Program-made: the position numbers and the translations under genes
From: a virus
Lineage: Duplodnaviria; Caudoviricetes
DNA length: 64,000 nt
IMG/VR virus record: IMGVR_UViG_2882828558_000007
Span: 1 to 64,000 of that record
Direction: 5' to 3' (one strand)
Notes under the pieces: model-generated
Database searches by the model: none
The model's input: the letters and a program-made list of their open reading frames with translations, nothing else
What the model was told of the DNA's origin: nothing
Shown here: positions 17,168 to 26,159 of the stretch, one piece after another
Numbering within the stretch: the stretch's first letter is position 1
Layout: each line of letters begins with the position of its first letter

Positions 17168-19276
17168 TTACCTAGGCCCACCCCAGCTTGCGCCTACGGT
17201 CGACTTTACGGCCTGTCCAAGGCGGGACGCGGCCGCGTCAGCTGCTGCCTCCGGAGATGACACGCCACTTATGGTGATCGGTGCGTTTACCGTGATCTCA
17301 ATCGGCTGCGGGTTCGTCACCGCCACCTGCTGAACGCCTGACGGCTGGTTCATTGCCGCGATGCTGCTCGAGTCGATGATGACGGGCGTGTTGCTGGCGG
17401 CTTTCGTTTCGACACCAAAGTGCTGGCGAGAGTCGAAGCCGGGGTCTGCTGCGGCTCCGAACATGAACCTGCTCAGCCCTGAGACCCCGGCCTCGTCCTT
17501 CTTCAAGCCAAGCATGCGCTCAAGAAAATCCTTGAACTTGGCCTGATTCTGTACCTGCTTTTCGAAAGTGTCGCCGGGCGTCTCGGAAAGCAGCTGCGGC
17601 GTCGAACCGATGACCGCTCCAGCACCAAGCCCCTTCAGGTACTTCCACGCAGACCCCAGCGTCGCCGCTATGCCGCCGCCTGCCGCGGCTCCACCGGCCG
17701 CAGCACTGCCGGCGCCAGCGGCGCCCGCTGCTCCACCACCAATGATGCCGCCAATCTTGCCTAGCGTCTTCAGAATTCCGACGGCCGTCGTGATGCCAGT
17801 AAGGAACGCGATCGCCCGCGCCAGCTTCATGATCGAGCTCGCGACAAGGCCAATCCCCACGGCGGCAAGCATGAGCTTGAAACCGTCCGCGCCCAGCTCT
17901 CCAAGGAACTGCGCGATCGGATTGTTGCGGATCGCGTCAGACAGTTCGCGGACGGATGCGCCGTATTCCTTGAACTTTGCGAAGATCCTGCCCAGCTGGT
18001 CGGCCGAAGCAGAGCCATCCGCCTTGCCGAACAGCAAGTCACCCAGGTCGTTAATTGTTTCGCGAATGCCGCTGTCGACGCCGAAGCCCTGCAGGAAGGC
18101 CTGCATCGCCGTGCCCATCTTGTCGAAGATGGTGGCGCGCTCGCCCATCGTATCCAGGATGTCACCGACGCCGAGCGCCGCTTCCTTGATGCCGGGCAGC
18201 ATGTCGTCGCCCATGCTGCGGAAGAAGTCGGCGAACTTGTTTTTAAGGATTTGCAGCACGTTTCCGACCGTGCTGGCGCGGATCGTGTACTCCTTGAAGG
18301 CGCTGCCCGCGTAGTTCGCCTCATCGCCCACGAGGCCAAGCTGGCGCCGCAACTCCGTGGCATTGTTGATCACGGGCATCAGGGCGCGCGCTTCGTCGCC
18401 GAACAGCGCCGAGGCGATCGATATCCGCTCCCACTCCGGCAGCGTCTGGATGCGGTCGATGACGTCCAGCGTCGTCTTCAGCGCGTTCTTCTGCATCGAC
18501 TTGGCGGTCTTCACCGCATCGAGCCCCAGACGCTTGAAAGCTGTGTTGTGCGTCTTGGTGGCGCGCGTACCGATCGTGAGAGCGCGGCCCATGTTCCGGA
18601 ACGAAGTCGCTGCGACTTCCGCCTCACCACCAGACGAGATCATGGCGCCACCGAACGCCAGGGTTTCCTGCGCCGAGAAGCCGAACATCTCGCCGGTTGC
18701 GGCGACGCGCTTCGTGTATTCCAGCAGCCGCGGCGCATTGGCCGCCGTATTGTTCGACAGGTGATTGAGGCTGTCGGCGAACAGCCCGACCTCGTTCACG
18801 CCGAGATTAAGCTGGTTCTTGATCTCCGCGAGCGCCTGCCCTGTCTCGGCGACCGGAACGTCCCATGCCGTCGACACCTTGGCGACCATCTCGCTGAATT
18901 TGGTGATCTCCGCCAGCGGGATGTTCGACTGGCCGGCCGCCGCGTAAATCTGGGCGATTCCGCTGGCCGCTATCGGCAGTTCCTTCGACATGGCGATGAT
19001 CGAGCGGCGAACGTTCGCCATCTGCTCGTCGTTCGCGTCCAGCACCTTGCGGACGTCGGCGAATGCAGACTCAAATTCCAGCGCCGCACCGACGGTTCCG
19101 CCAATACCCTGCGTGACGCCCACATAGGCGCCACCGAAGGCGGCGAGCCGACCAGCCATGCCAAGGAAGGAAGCGTGCCCGCGCTGTAGACTACCGAGCG
19201 CGCTGTTGATGCCCTTCGCCCTGCCCGACACATTGTCGATGAGCGAGAGTATCAGGCTTGATTTCAAGACGGCCAT
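17168..19276 (-). CDS. Tail tape measure protein (TP901 family)
   Basis: AALEFESAFADVRKV, alanine-rich helical core; follows the chaperone gene. Confidence 0.9.
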   Translation of the reverse strand: MAVLKSSLILSLIDNVSGRAKGINSALGSLQRGHASFLGMAGRLAAFGGAYVGVTQGIGGTVGAALEFESAFADVRKVLDANDEQMANVRRSIIAMSKELPIAASGIAQIYAAAGQSNIPLAEITKFSEMVAKVSTAWDVPVAETGQALAEIKNQLNLGVNEVGLFADSLNHLSNNTAANAPRLLEYTKRVAATGEMFGFSAQETLAFGGAMISSGGEAEVAATSFRNMGRALTIGTRATKTHNTAFKRLGLDAVKTAKSMQKNALKTTLDVIDRIQTLPEWERISIASALFGDEARALMPVINNATELRRQLGLVGDEANYAGSAFKEYTIRASTVGNVLQILKNKFADFFRSMGDDMLPGIKEAALGVGDILDTMGERATIFDKMGTAMQAFLQGFGVDSGIRETINDLGDLLFGKADGSASADQLGRIFAKFKEYGASVRELSDAIRNNPIAQFLGELGADGFKLMLAAVGIGLVASSIMKLARAIAFLTGITTAVGILKTLGKIGGIIGGGAAGAAGAGSAAAGGAAAGGGIAATLGSAWKYLKGLGAGAVIGSTPQLLSETPGDTFEKQVQNQAKFKDFLERMLGLKKDEAGVSGLSRFMFGAAADPGFDSRQHFGVETKAASNTPVIIDSSSIAAMNQPSGVQQVAVTNPQPIEITVNAPITISGVSSPEAAADAAASRLGQAVKSTVGASWGGPR

Positions 19277-19288
19277 GCTGCCCTCGCG

Positions 19289-19450
19289 CTACATGCCGCC
19301 GCCGAACAGGCGACGGACTTCCATTGCTTTTTCGAAGTAGGCCATGGCCTTACTGGGCGGCCACTTTTCGAGCCGGTCTACGTCCTGCTTGAGCTCGCGA
19401 GCGATGACGCTCACAATCAGGCGCCAGTCGTGACCGGCGGCTCCTCCCCC
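19289..19450 (-). CDS. Tail chaperone -1 frameshift extension (gpE'-like)
   Basis: -1 frame from the GGGGG at 19446-19450 reads GGAAGHDWRLIVSVIARELKQDVDRLEKWPPSKAMAYFEKAMEVRRLFGGGM. Confidence 0.7.
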   Translation of the reverse strand, partial: GGGAAGHDWRLIVSVIARELKQDVDRLEKWPPSKAMAYFEKAMEVRRLFGGGM

Positions 19451-19680
19451 AGGAGGTCTTTGGTTGCGGCCATGATGGCGTTCAGATCGCGAGACTTGAC
19501 CTTGCGGAACGCTGGAAGCGGCACGTCTGCCATGGATGCCAGAACAGCGACGATCTTGGACATTTCGCCCTTCACGGCGTCGGCTAGCATCAGGTCGCCG
19601 ACTTCGGCTTCGCGGAAGGTGAACTCGTCATAAATCTTGCCGTTGTGCTCAACGGGCTTGGAAAGCTTGACAGTCGTCAT
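19417..19680 (-). CDS. Tail assembly chaperone (P2 gpE / Mu gp41-like)
   Basis: VKLSKPVEHNGK...FTFREAEVGDL...RDLNAI. Confidence 0.85.
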   Translation of the reverse strand: MTTVKLSKPVEHNGKIYDEFTFREAEVGDLMLADAVKGEMSKIVAVLASMADVPLPAFRKVKSRDLNAIMAATKDLLGEEPPVTTGA

Positions 19681-19702
19681 GCTGGTCTCCTCATCAGGAA
19701 AG

Positions 19703-19726
19703 AAAAAGCCCGCATTCGCGCGGGCT
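19703..19726 (-). terminator. Terminator after the tail tube gene
   Basis: AGCCCGC/GCGGGCT stem plus TTTTT. Confidence 0.65.
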
Positions 19727-19745
19727 GAGTTTGCGGCGTGGAATG

Positions 19746-20252
19746 CTAGAGAAGCAGCGAGTTCCGCATGCCGCTATGCTGGCTGATGCCCCCGATCTTC
19801 ACGTCGAAGTCATCCATTTCGATCAGCTCGTCACCGTCGACTTCCAGCTTGTAGTAGTTGACCGAGACCGAATAATCGTTCTCCGCCATGTCGCCCGGCT
19901 TCCAGTTGCCCGGATCGGCCTGCTTGAGAAAGCCGCGGATAGTCATGACCGCCGAATGCTCGACGCCGTCCTCATCCACCAGCGCGCCAGTGATGAGGAA
20001 CAGGTTCTCCGTCCCGGCCTTGAGGCCGAACAGCTTGAGGATCTGCGGGTCGAGGCCGGGCATCTTGAAGCTGAATTCCAGCTTCTCGTAGCCCATATGG
20101 ACCTCACGCGGCTTGATCATGCCGGCGTTGCGAAGCTCCTCGAGCTTCGCCTGCGGGACCGGGGGCGTGATGTCCCCGATCTGACCCAGCTTGGAGACGC
20201 GGTCGGCCCACAGCATGCAGTTACGCAGGAGGTAACTTGGAAGATTGCTCAT
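19746..20252 (-). CDS. Major tail tube protein (P2 FII)
   Basis: ELRNAGM...GYEKLE...YYKLEVDGDELIEMD. Confidence 0.9.
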   Translation of the reverse strand: MSNLPSYLLRNCMLWADRVSKLGQIGDITPPVPQAKLEELRNAGMIKPREVHMGYEKLEFSFKMPGLDPQILKLFGLKAGTENLFLITGALVDEDGVEHSAVMTIRGFLKQADPGNWKPGDMAENDYSVSVNYYKLEVDGDELIEMDDFDVKIGGISQHSGMRNSLLL

Positions 20253-20268
20253 CGTGTATTCCTTGTGA

Positions 20269-21924
20269 TTAGACGGCGAGCGTCAGGGGGCCGTTCTCGA
20301 TCGCGCCGCGCACCTCATCCAGCAGCAGCTGGTAGTAGAGGATGTTGCGGTGGGTCGTGATGTTGATCTGTTCCATGATGCCGACCGGCTCGAATTCGAC
20401 ATTCAGGAACACCTTGCCGTTGGCGTTGACCGTCGGCTCGTTCAGGTCGGACAGCCAGACGCGGCCGCCGAGGATGTCGTCGTTCTTCTGGAAGACGCGA
20501 AGCGCGGCGTTGCCGTCCTCGATCATCATCTTGAGGTTGGCCTTTGTCAGCTTGCGGTCGACATAGACGAAGTACAGGTCTTCCAGCGCTTCGTTGATCA
20601 TGTCGGCCGTGGCGCGGACGCTGTCGAACTGCCAGATTTCGGTATCCGTCGCGAGGCGCGAGCCCCAGGTGCGCAGGCCGCCACGCTCATTGATAACGGT
20701 CGAAACCTGCCGCTCGTTGAGGTAGTTGCTGTCGACCGGGTACTGGATCGTGCGCGCAACGCCATCGAGCGTGCGGATGATCTTGTTCGATACCGAGCCG
20801 GACACGCCTTCCGGAGAGGCCACGACGCGAGCGCGAACGCCTGCAAAGACCGGCGCGATCGGAACCGTCACAGGCGTGCCGTTGACGTTCTTGATGCCCT
20901 TGGGGTCGATAATCAGGACGCGGTCGCTGTTGACCGTGTTGCGGAAGCGGACGGCCTCTGCGTTGGTCGAGTTCGGGCCGTGGATGTAGGCACGCGCGCG
21001 GATCTGCGGGCAGATCGTCGCGAGGGCCGAGACGAACGGGCTGGTGACGTCGCCAAGGTTGGCAACAGCCGCCGCGCTCGAGCCGCCGCCACCGGAGAAG
21101 CTGACCGTCGGTGCAGAGATGTAGCCTTCGCCAGGCTCCGAAACGGTAACGCCAGTCACCGGGCCGCCGAGTACCGCCGTCAGGATCGCGCCAGAACCAC
21201 CACCGCCGGAAAGGGTAACGGCAGGAGCGTCGACGTAGCCGGAGCCCTTGTTGCCCATGGTGATGGCCGTGATGGCACCGCCGGAAACCGTCGCTGTCGC
21301 CGTCGCCTGCACGCCGCCAGCCGGAGGCGGAGCGATCGTGATCGTCGGAGCCGTCGCGTAGTCGGCACCCGCGTTCGTGATGGTGAGCGACTTGACCTTG
21401 TGCTTGTTGATGGTCGCGGTCGCGGTGGCATCACCAGTCGAGAACGAAACGGAAGGCGCTGCGGTGTAGTCCGCGCCACCATTCGTCACGGTGACGGACA
21501 GCACGCCGTCTTCGATGTAGGCGCCCGTGTCGCCGGCCGTCACGATGACGCGCGGCTGGACACCCAGGAGCGACTTGGCGCGCAGAGCGGCATAGAGGCC
21601 GGTGCGGGCGGCCGCGTCGCCGATCAGGTTGGCCTGCACGACTGCCGGGTCTTCGTCGTCCTCGACGCGGTTCACGATGACAGTCGAGCCACCCTCACCC
21701 ATCACCGTCAGGACGTCAGCCAGCAGCGTGCCGACCGAGCCAAGCAGCGAGGCAGCAGCCTGGGACGTGACGAGCGTCGGGGTATTGACCGGGAAAGCCG
21801 CAGAATCCGCGTCGGGAGCCGTGCCGTTGACGAACGTCACACCGAAGTTCTGGACGCGCAGAAGCGATGGCGTGTCGGGGCTTTCCCCAAGGTTCACGCC
21901 ATGGAAGTACGATAGGTCAGCCAA
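20269..21924 (-). CDS. Tail sheath protein (P2 FI) with an inserted four-repeat domain
   Basis: YFHGV N-terminus, SNK...GV, NYLNE...RTWGSRL, VRATADMI. Confidence 0.9.
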   Translation of the reverse strand: MADLSYFHGVNLGESPDTPSLLRVQNFGVTFVNGTAPDADSAAFPVNTPTLVTSQAAASLLGSVGTLLADVLTVMGEGGSTVIVNRVEDDEDPAVVQANLIGDAAARTGLYAALRAKSLLGVQPRVIVTAGDTGAYIEDGVLSVTVTNGGADYTAAPSVSFSTGDATATATINKHKVKSLTITNAGADYATAPTITIAPPPAGGVQATATATVSGGAITAITMGNKGSGYVDAPAVTLSGGGGSGAILTAVLGGPVTGVTVSEPGEGYISAPTVSFSGGGGSSAAAVANLGDVTSPFVSALATICPQIRARAYIHGPNSTNAEAVRFRNTVNSDRVLIIDPKGIKNVNGTPVTVPIAPVFAGVRARVVASPEGVSGSVSNKIIRTLDGVARTIQYPVDSNYLNERQVSTVINERGGLRTWGSRLATDTEIWQFDSVRATADMINEALEDLYFVYVDRKLTKANLKMMIEDGNAALRVFQKNDDILGGRVWLSDLNEPTVNANGKVFLNVEFEPVGIMEQINITTHRNILYYQLLLDEVRGAIENGPLTLAV

Positions 21925-22148
21925 TGCGGCCTCCTTTAGGATGTGGTTGGGTGGTTTGTGGTGGTGGGGTTAGGGGCCCGCTTCTCAATCGCGGGTGGTG
22001 AGATGTTCGGCTTAATGTGGGAGAGTAGAAAAGCCGATCAGTAATTTAGAGCCCGACCTTGGCGGGTGTGGTGCAGTCAATCACGATATATGATTGTATG
22101 ATCACTCGACGCCACCTTGTTGGGTATGGCAAACGTTAGGGACCACGC

Positions 22149-23639
22149 ATGGAAGGTGATTACGTACACAATGCGCAGATCCATACGTCACACGCACGGT
22201 TGAGCAGAACGCTAGCGAAGGCTTCACTCGTTTTGCCGTCTATCGTGATGGCGGTTGTTATTGCGGGAGAGGTCCCGATCATCGGGAAAGACGCGCAATA
22301 TTACCTCCAGTCCGGCAGTCTTTGGGCTGAAGGGAAAGTATCTTATGCCGGCAGCCATATTGGCACGCGAATTTTCCCGGTGCTCTATTACTACTTTTTT
22401 GAATGGGCTCTCGGCCCCTCGATCGACAGCGTCTCAATCGCGCTCGGCGTTCTGTTTCTCGCATTTTGCGGTGCTGCGGCATGGCTCTGCTATGACGGTT
22501 TAAGATCAGAGAAATTGCGGGCCGTCGCCTTCCTGACAATCATCGCGATTGGTTTCGTCTGGATCGACTGGAGAAGACCGCAAACCGAGCCGTTCATCGT
22601 TATTCTCGTCCTGCTTGGCCTCGTCCTAGTCCAGAAAGCATTCCGAGCACCGAACCCATCCGGTCAATGCAGTTTGCTCTGCCTCGCTGCCCTCATGTGC
22701 GGAATCGGTCTCGGGTTCAGGACTGAGACGCTGATCCTTCTCATATCCATCATATTGGTCTGGGTCGCGGCGGGCGTAGCAAGGCAGACCAAAGTCAACG
22801 CGATATTGGCGTCGGCCGCTATGGTCTTCTCCTTCATTGGTGGTTCTTACGTGCCGGGCCTGGCTTTTCGTGCGCTGTCCGGTCAGCCAATGCCACAGCA
22901 ACTTACCGGATACTTTGTGTTCTTCCATCCTGTTGAAGCATTTGGCAACGCTTCGTTCGGTCCAGCGTCCGCCGAGCTTGCCAAGCTTGGAGCGGAGCTT
23001 CTTTCCCATGCCCCTCGCCGCATCGACATAGAACCGATCCGTCTAGGCTTGTCGGGAGCCTACAATTCCAGAGGGCCGAAGTACGCTTCCGATCTTTACT
23101 TGAGAGCCGGACTTGAGACCATTACGGCCACACCTAGAGCGGTAATCGCGGATACGGCTTCGACTGCTCTCGCCTATCTGGCCACGCGGCCTGGAACATA
23201 CAGGGTCGATAAGGACGATGTCGCCATGGCCGACACACGTGAAAGACTGGCCGAGATTGATGGCGAGCGTCTTGAGCAAGCGAAGTGGCGCTTCCTCGGT
23301 GACTTCAGCTGGCCCACCGCGACAATCGTCGACAATCGAACGTCCGCACGGCCGGTCCTCGAAGGAATCGAAACCCCTTATCTAACCTTTTCAATTCCAG
23401 CGTGGGCAGTCGCAGCTCTGACCGCCGTCGCATTGATAGTCTCGCTCAAATCAGCCCAAGCGCCGTGGGTCATAGCAGTAGCGGCATTGTTCTATATCGG
23501 ATCTGTCATGGCCGCTGCATTCACTCAAGGTTTCGTTGACCGCTATTGGCTTGCCGCGAGCTTACCATTGATGGCCGCGATCGTTCTCGGCATACTCAAA
23601 ACGAATGATCGTCTTCCGGTCACACAAATTTCGAGCTAA
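22149..23639 (+). CDS. Polytopic membrane protein, GT-C-fold glycosyltransferase-like (moron)
   Basis: Many TM helices; D-x-x-Y-Y after TM1; QTEP motif; large periplasmic loop. Confidence 0.6.
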   Translation: MEGDYVHNAQIHTSHARLSRTLAKASLVLPSIVMAVVIAGEVPIIGKDAQYYLQSGSLWAEGKVSYAGSHIGTRIFPVLYYYFFEWALGPSIDSVSIALGVLFLAFCGAAAWLCYDGLRSEKLRAVAFLTIIAIGFVWIDWRRPQTEPFIVILVLLGLVLVQKAFRAPNPSGQCSLLCLAALMCGIGLGFRTETLILLISIILVWVAAGVARQTKVNAILASAAMVFSFIGGSYVPGLAFRALSGQPMPQQLTGYFVFFHPVEAFGNASFGPASAELAKLGAELLSHAPRRIDIEPIRLGLSGAYNSRGPKYASDLYLRAGLETITATPRAVIADTASTALAYLATRPGTYRVDKDDVAMADTRERLAEIDGERLEQAKWRFLGDFSWPTATIVDNRTSARPVLEGIETPYLTFSIPAWAVAALTAVALIVSLKSAQAPWVIAVAALFYIGSVMAAAFTQGFVDRYWLAASLPLMAAIVLGILKTNDRLPVTQISS

Positions 23640-23657
23640 GAGGCAGATAATTAGAGA

Positions 23658-24035
23658 ATGTCGGCCTCAACTATGAAAACTGGATACCTTTCAATGATTG
23701 CCCAGCTTCTGATCATTGCGTTGGTGGCGACTGCTGCGCAAATTGCCATGAAGTTTGCAGCAGAGGCGTGGGCGGCAACAGGATCGATCTTTTCTACGAA
23801 AGTTTTGACCCTATTCGCAGTCGCAACCGGCATAGCGATTGCAGGGCAACTTCTGTGGTTTTTCGTTCTTAGGACGACACCACTATCAACTGGGTACATA
23901 TTCCTGTCTTTGGTTTTCGTGTTGGTTCCGCTGTCAGCTTTCCTCTTTTTCGGTGAGAAGATGACAACGGCTCACATAATAAGCACATCATTTATCGTCG
24001 CCGGCATCATCGCCGTCGGCTTCGGGTCGGAGTGA
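23658..24035 (+). CDS. SMR/EamA-like 4-TM transporter (ArnE/ArnF flippase-like)
   Basis: LWFFVLRTTPLSTGY...LVPLSAFLFFGEKMT. Confidence 0.75.
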   Translation: MSASTMKTGYLSMIAQLLIIALVATAAQIAMKFAAEAWAATGSIFSTKVLTLFAVATGIAIAGQLLWFFVLRTTPLSTGYIFLSLVFVLVPLSAFLFFGEKMTTAHIISTSFIVAGIIAVGFGSE

Positions 24036-24041
24036 ATCAAG

Positions 24042-24794
24042 ATGGCCGCTGAAAACGTTCAAAAGGCCCATTATGAGGCTATGCACGACGACTATGAGCG
24101 CCATTACTACGATGCAACCTCGCTCGACTATCGGCGCCGATTTATCTTCAAGCCCGCGCTGAAAGGCCTTGATCTCTCCGGTGCCCGTATTGCCGATATC
24201 GCGTCTGGAAGTGGATGGAACACGGTCCTGATGAAGGAGTTCGTGCCTACCGCAACATTCCACGGCTTCGATATCTCAGGCCCAGCGTGCCGAGCATATC
24301 AGACAAACACGGGCTTTCCCGCCACGGAATGCGACCTCTCCGCCTACTCCCACGAAGGAGAGCTTTTCGACGCTGCAATCGTCATCGGTGGCCTACATCA
24401 TATGGTCAATGATCTGGCCACATCCACCGCAGCAATAGCGGGGATGATTAAGCCCGGTGGTTATTTGATCGCCTATGAGCCCAACGCCGACTTCTTCCTA
24501 AATGTCGCTCGCAAGGCATGGTACAGGGTGGACCGGTACTTCGAGGAAGAAACGGAACGGGCACTTTCTGTCGAGGAATTGAAGTCGTGTTTTAGCGGCA
24601 AGATGGACCTTATGAATGTTCGACCCATTGGTGGGCCCAGCTACATTTCCATTCTGAACAGCCTAGTGCTGCGCATACCTATGGCAGCGAAGAAGCCCCT
24701 TGCCTCGTTGCTTAACGTGGCTGAGGTTGCTTACAACTCACTGCCCGGAAGAGCGCCATTTCCGGCGTTCCTGTCCACGTGGCAACGTCTCTAG
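24042..24794 (+). CDS. Class I SAM-dependent methyltransferase
   Basis: IADIASGSG, GFDIS, FDAAIVIGGLHH, IKPGGYLIAYEP. Confidence 0.85.
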   Translation: MAAENVQKAHYEAMHDDYERHYYDATSLDYRRRFIFKPALKGLDLSGARIADIASGSGWNTVLMKEFVPTATFHGFDISGPACRAYQTNTGFPATECDLSAYSHEGELFDAAIVIGGLHHMVNDLATSTAAIAGMIKPGGYLIAYEPNADFFLNVARKAWYRVDRYFEEETERALSVEELKSCFSGKMDLMNVRPIGGPSYISILNSLVLRIPMAAKKPLASLLNVAEVAYNSLPGRAPFPAFLSTWQRL

Positions 24795-24800
24795 ATCGCG

Positions 24801-26159
24801 TTAGATATCCATGATTTCCAGATCGTCTACATAGGCCGTGCCCGTAGCGCCGCCGACGCACTGAACCATGAATGCGGCGCTGGTGTTATATGCCGTATCC
24901 GTCGCCAATGTCGCCCCATCAAGCTTAATCACAACATTGTCGCCAACCTCGAACGACAATTGATGCCAGCCCGCAGTTCTGTTGACCGCGGTTGTGACCC
25001 ACGACCCATTGCGCAGCCGGTAAACATACTTTGACGAAGAGATGCTTCGAACAAAGCCGACCGTCAGTTGCGCGACCGTTATAGCGTCTGCATCCGGCAC
25101 GAGCCGGAAAGTATTCTGCGAACTCGCCGTCGCGTCGAGATCGTCATAGATCCAGACGGAATAGACCTTATCGCGAAAGCCTTTCTTTTCCAGCATCCCG
25201 GATCCGACGATACGAGCGCCATAATTGCCGGTCTTAGCAACCGTCGATCGCCCAACCGTCCCTGAATACTCGTCCCAGCCGAGAAGGCTGCCGGCGCCTT
25301 GCTCTTGAGCCCAACCAATCCCTTTATACCCGTCGTTGACGGCGTTTCGGCCGGAGTAGAAGAACTCATTTCCGTACAGCGAAGGAGTGGTTACATAGTT
25401 ACTGTCGAACGCGCCTGAAGCCCCATGTGATAATATCGGAACACCAAGCGTCAGGTACGTTCCATCGGTGATCGAAAGGAATGTGTTGTACTTCTGCGGC
25501 TCGACCTGCACCTGTCGAGCGTATGCGATTTCGAAGGCCTCGCCGTTCCACCGCACAGATGGGTAGATGGCCTGCCAGTTCGCAAGCATTGTGAGATCGA
25601 ACCATGCGCTGTCATCGGACTTGTACGCCCAGCCCTTGAACATCCGCATCTCATTGCCGTTCATGCGTGTGACGAAGATCAGAAGCTTGTCCTCGTCGTG
25701 AGGATCATCGATGACGCAAGGAGCATGAGCAGCCGGTGAAGGCATCCCCGAGAGGTACGTCAGCCCATACCAATTGACGAGGTCCGTCGAACGAATGACT
25801 GCCGCACGATATTGAGGGTTCCTGTCGCTGAAAACGCTGCAATACAGGCTGACTATACCGTCTGCTATACGAGCCGAAAAGGGCGCAAGACCCTGATAAG
25901 GAGAAACGACAGACTTGTCGATCACCTTGCCCTGCTTGACCCATGAGCCGTTGATGAGCTTCGCGAGACCGATGCTGTTCTGAAGGCGCGGGTTGGCGCC
26001 CACATTCCGAGAGCCGGCATGCGCAATGTAGCGCTCGCCGCCAAACTCAAACGGCACGGCTGCATAGACGAAGTAGTCGTCCCAAGCGCCGGATGCCCCT
26101 CTGTCGATGATCGGCGTCGTTGTCAGACGGTTATAGCCCTTTTCATGGTCAATAATCAT
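24801..26159 (-). CDS. Tail-associated beta-propeller glycoside hydrolase-like protein with C-terminal ConA/LamG-like domain
   Basis: Start moved to MIIDHEK (ATGA overlap); PIIDRGASGAWDD and PILSHGASGAFDS blade repeats; GWHQLSF motif. Confidence 0.6.
   Translation of the reverse strand: MIIDHEKGYNRLTTTPIIDRGASGAWDDYFVYAAVPFEFGGERYIAHAGSRNVGANPRLQNSIGLAKLINGSWVKQGKVIDKSVVSPYQGLAPFSARIADGIVSLYCSVFSDRNPQYRAAVIRSTDLVNWYGLTYLSGMPSPAAHAPCVIDDPHDEDKLLIFVTRMNGNEMRMFKGWAYKSDDSAWFDLTMLANWQAIYPSVRWNGEAFEIAYARQVQVEPQKYNTFLSITDGTYLTLGVPILSHGASGAFDSNYVTTPSLYGNEFFYSGRNAVNDGYKGIGWAQEQGAGSLLGWDEYSGTVGRSTVAKTGNYGARIVGSGMLEKKGFRDKVYSVWIYDDLDATASSQNTFRLVPDADAITVAQLTVGFVRSISSSKYVYRLRNGSWVTTAVNRTAGWHQLSFEVGDNVVIKLDGATLATDTAYNTSAAFMVQCVGGATGTAYVDDLEIMDI

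Noticed and set aside
20350-21915. 521-aa plus-strand ORF; similar long shadows at 18251-19189, 37511-38572, 38923-40056 and 56800-57417
   Set aside because: Antisense shadows of well-supported GC-rich phage genes; no motifs or RBS.
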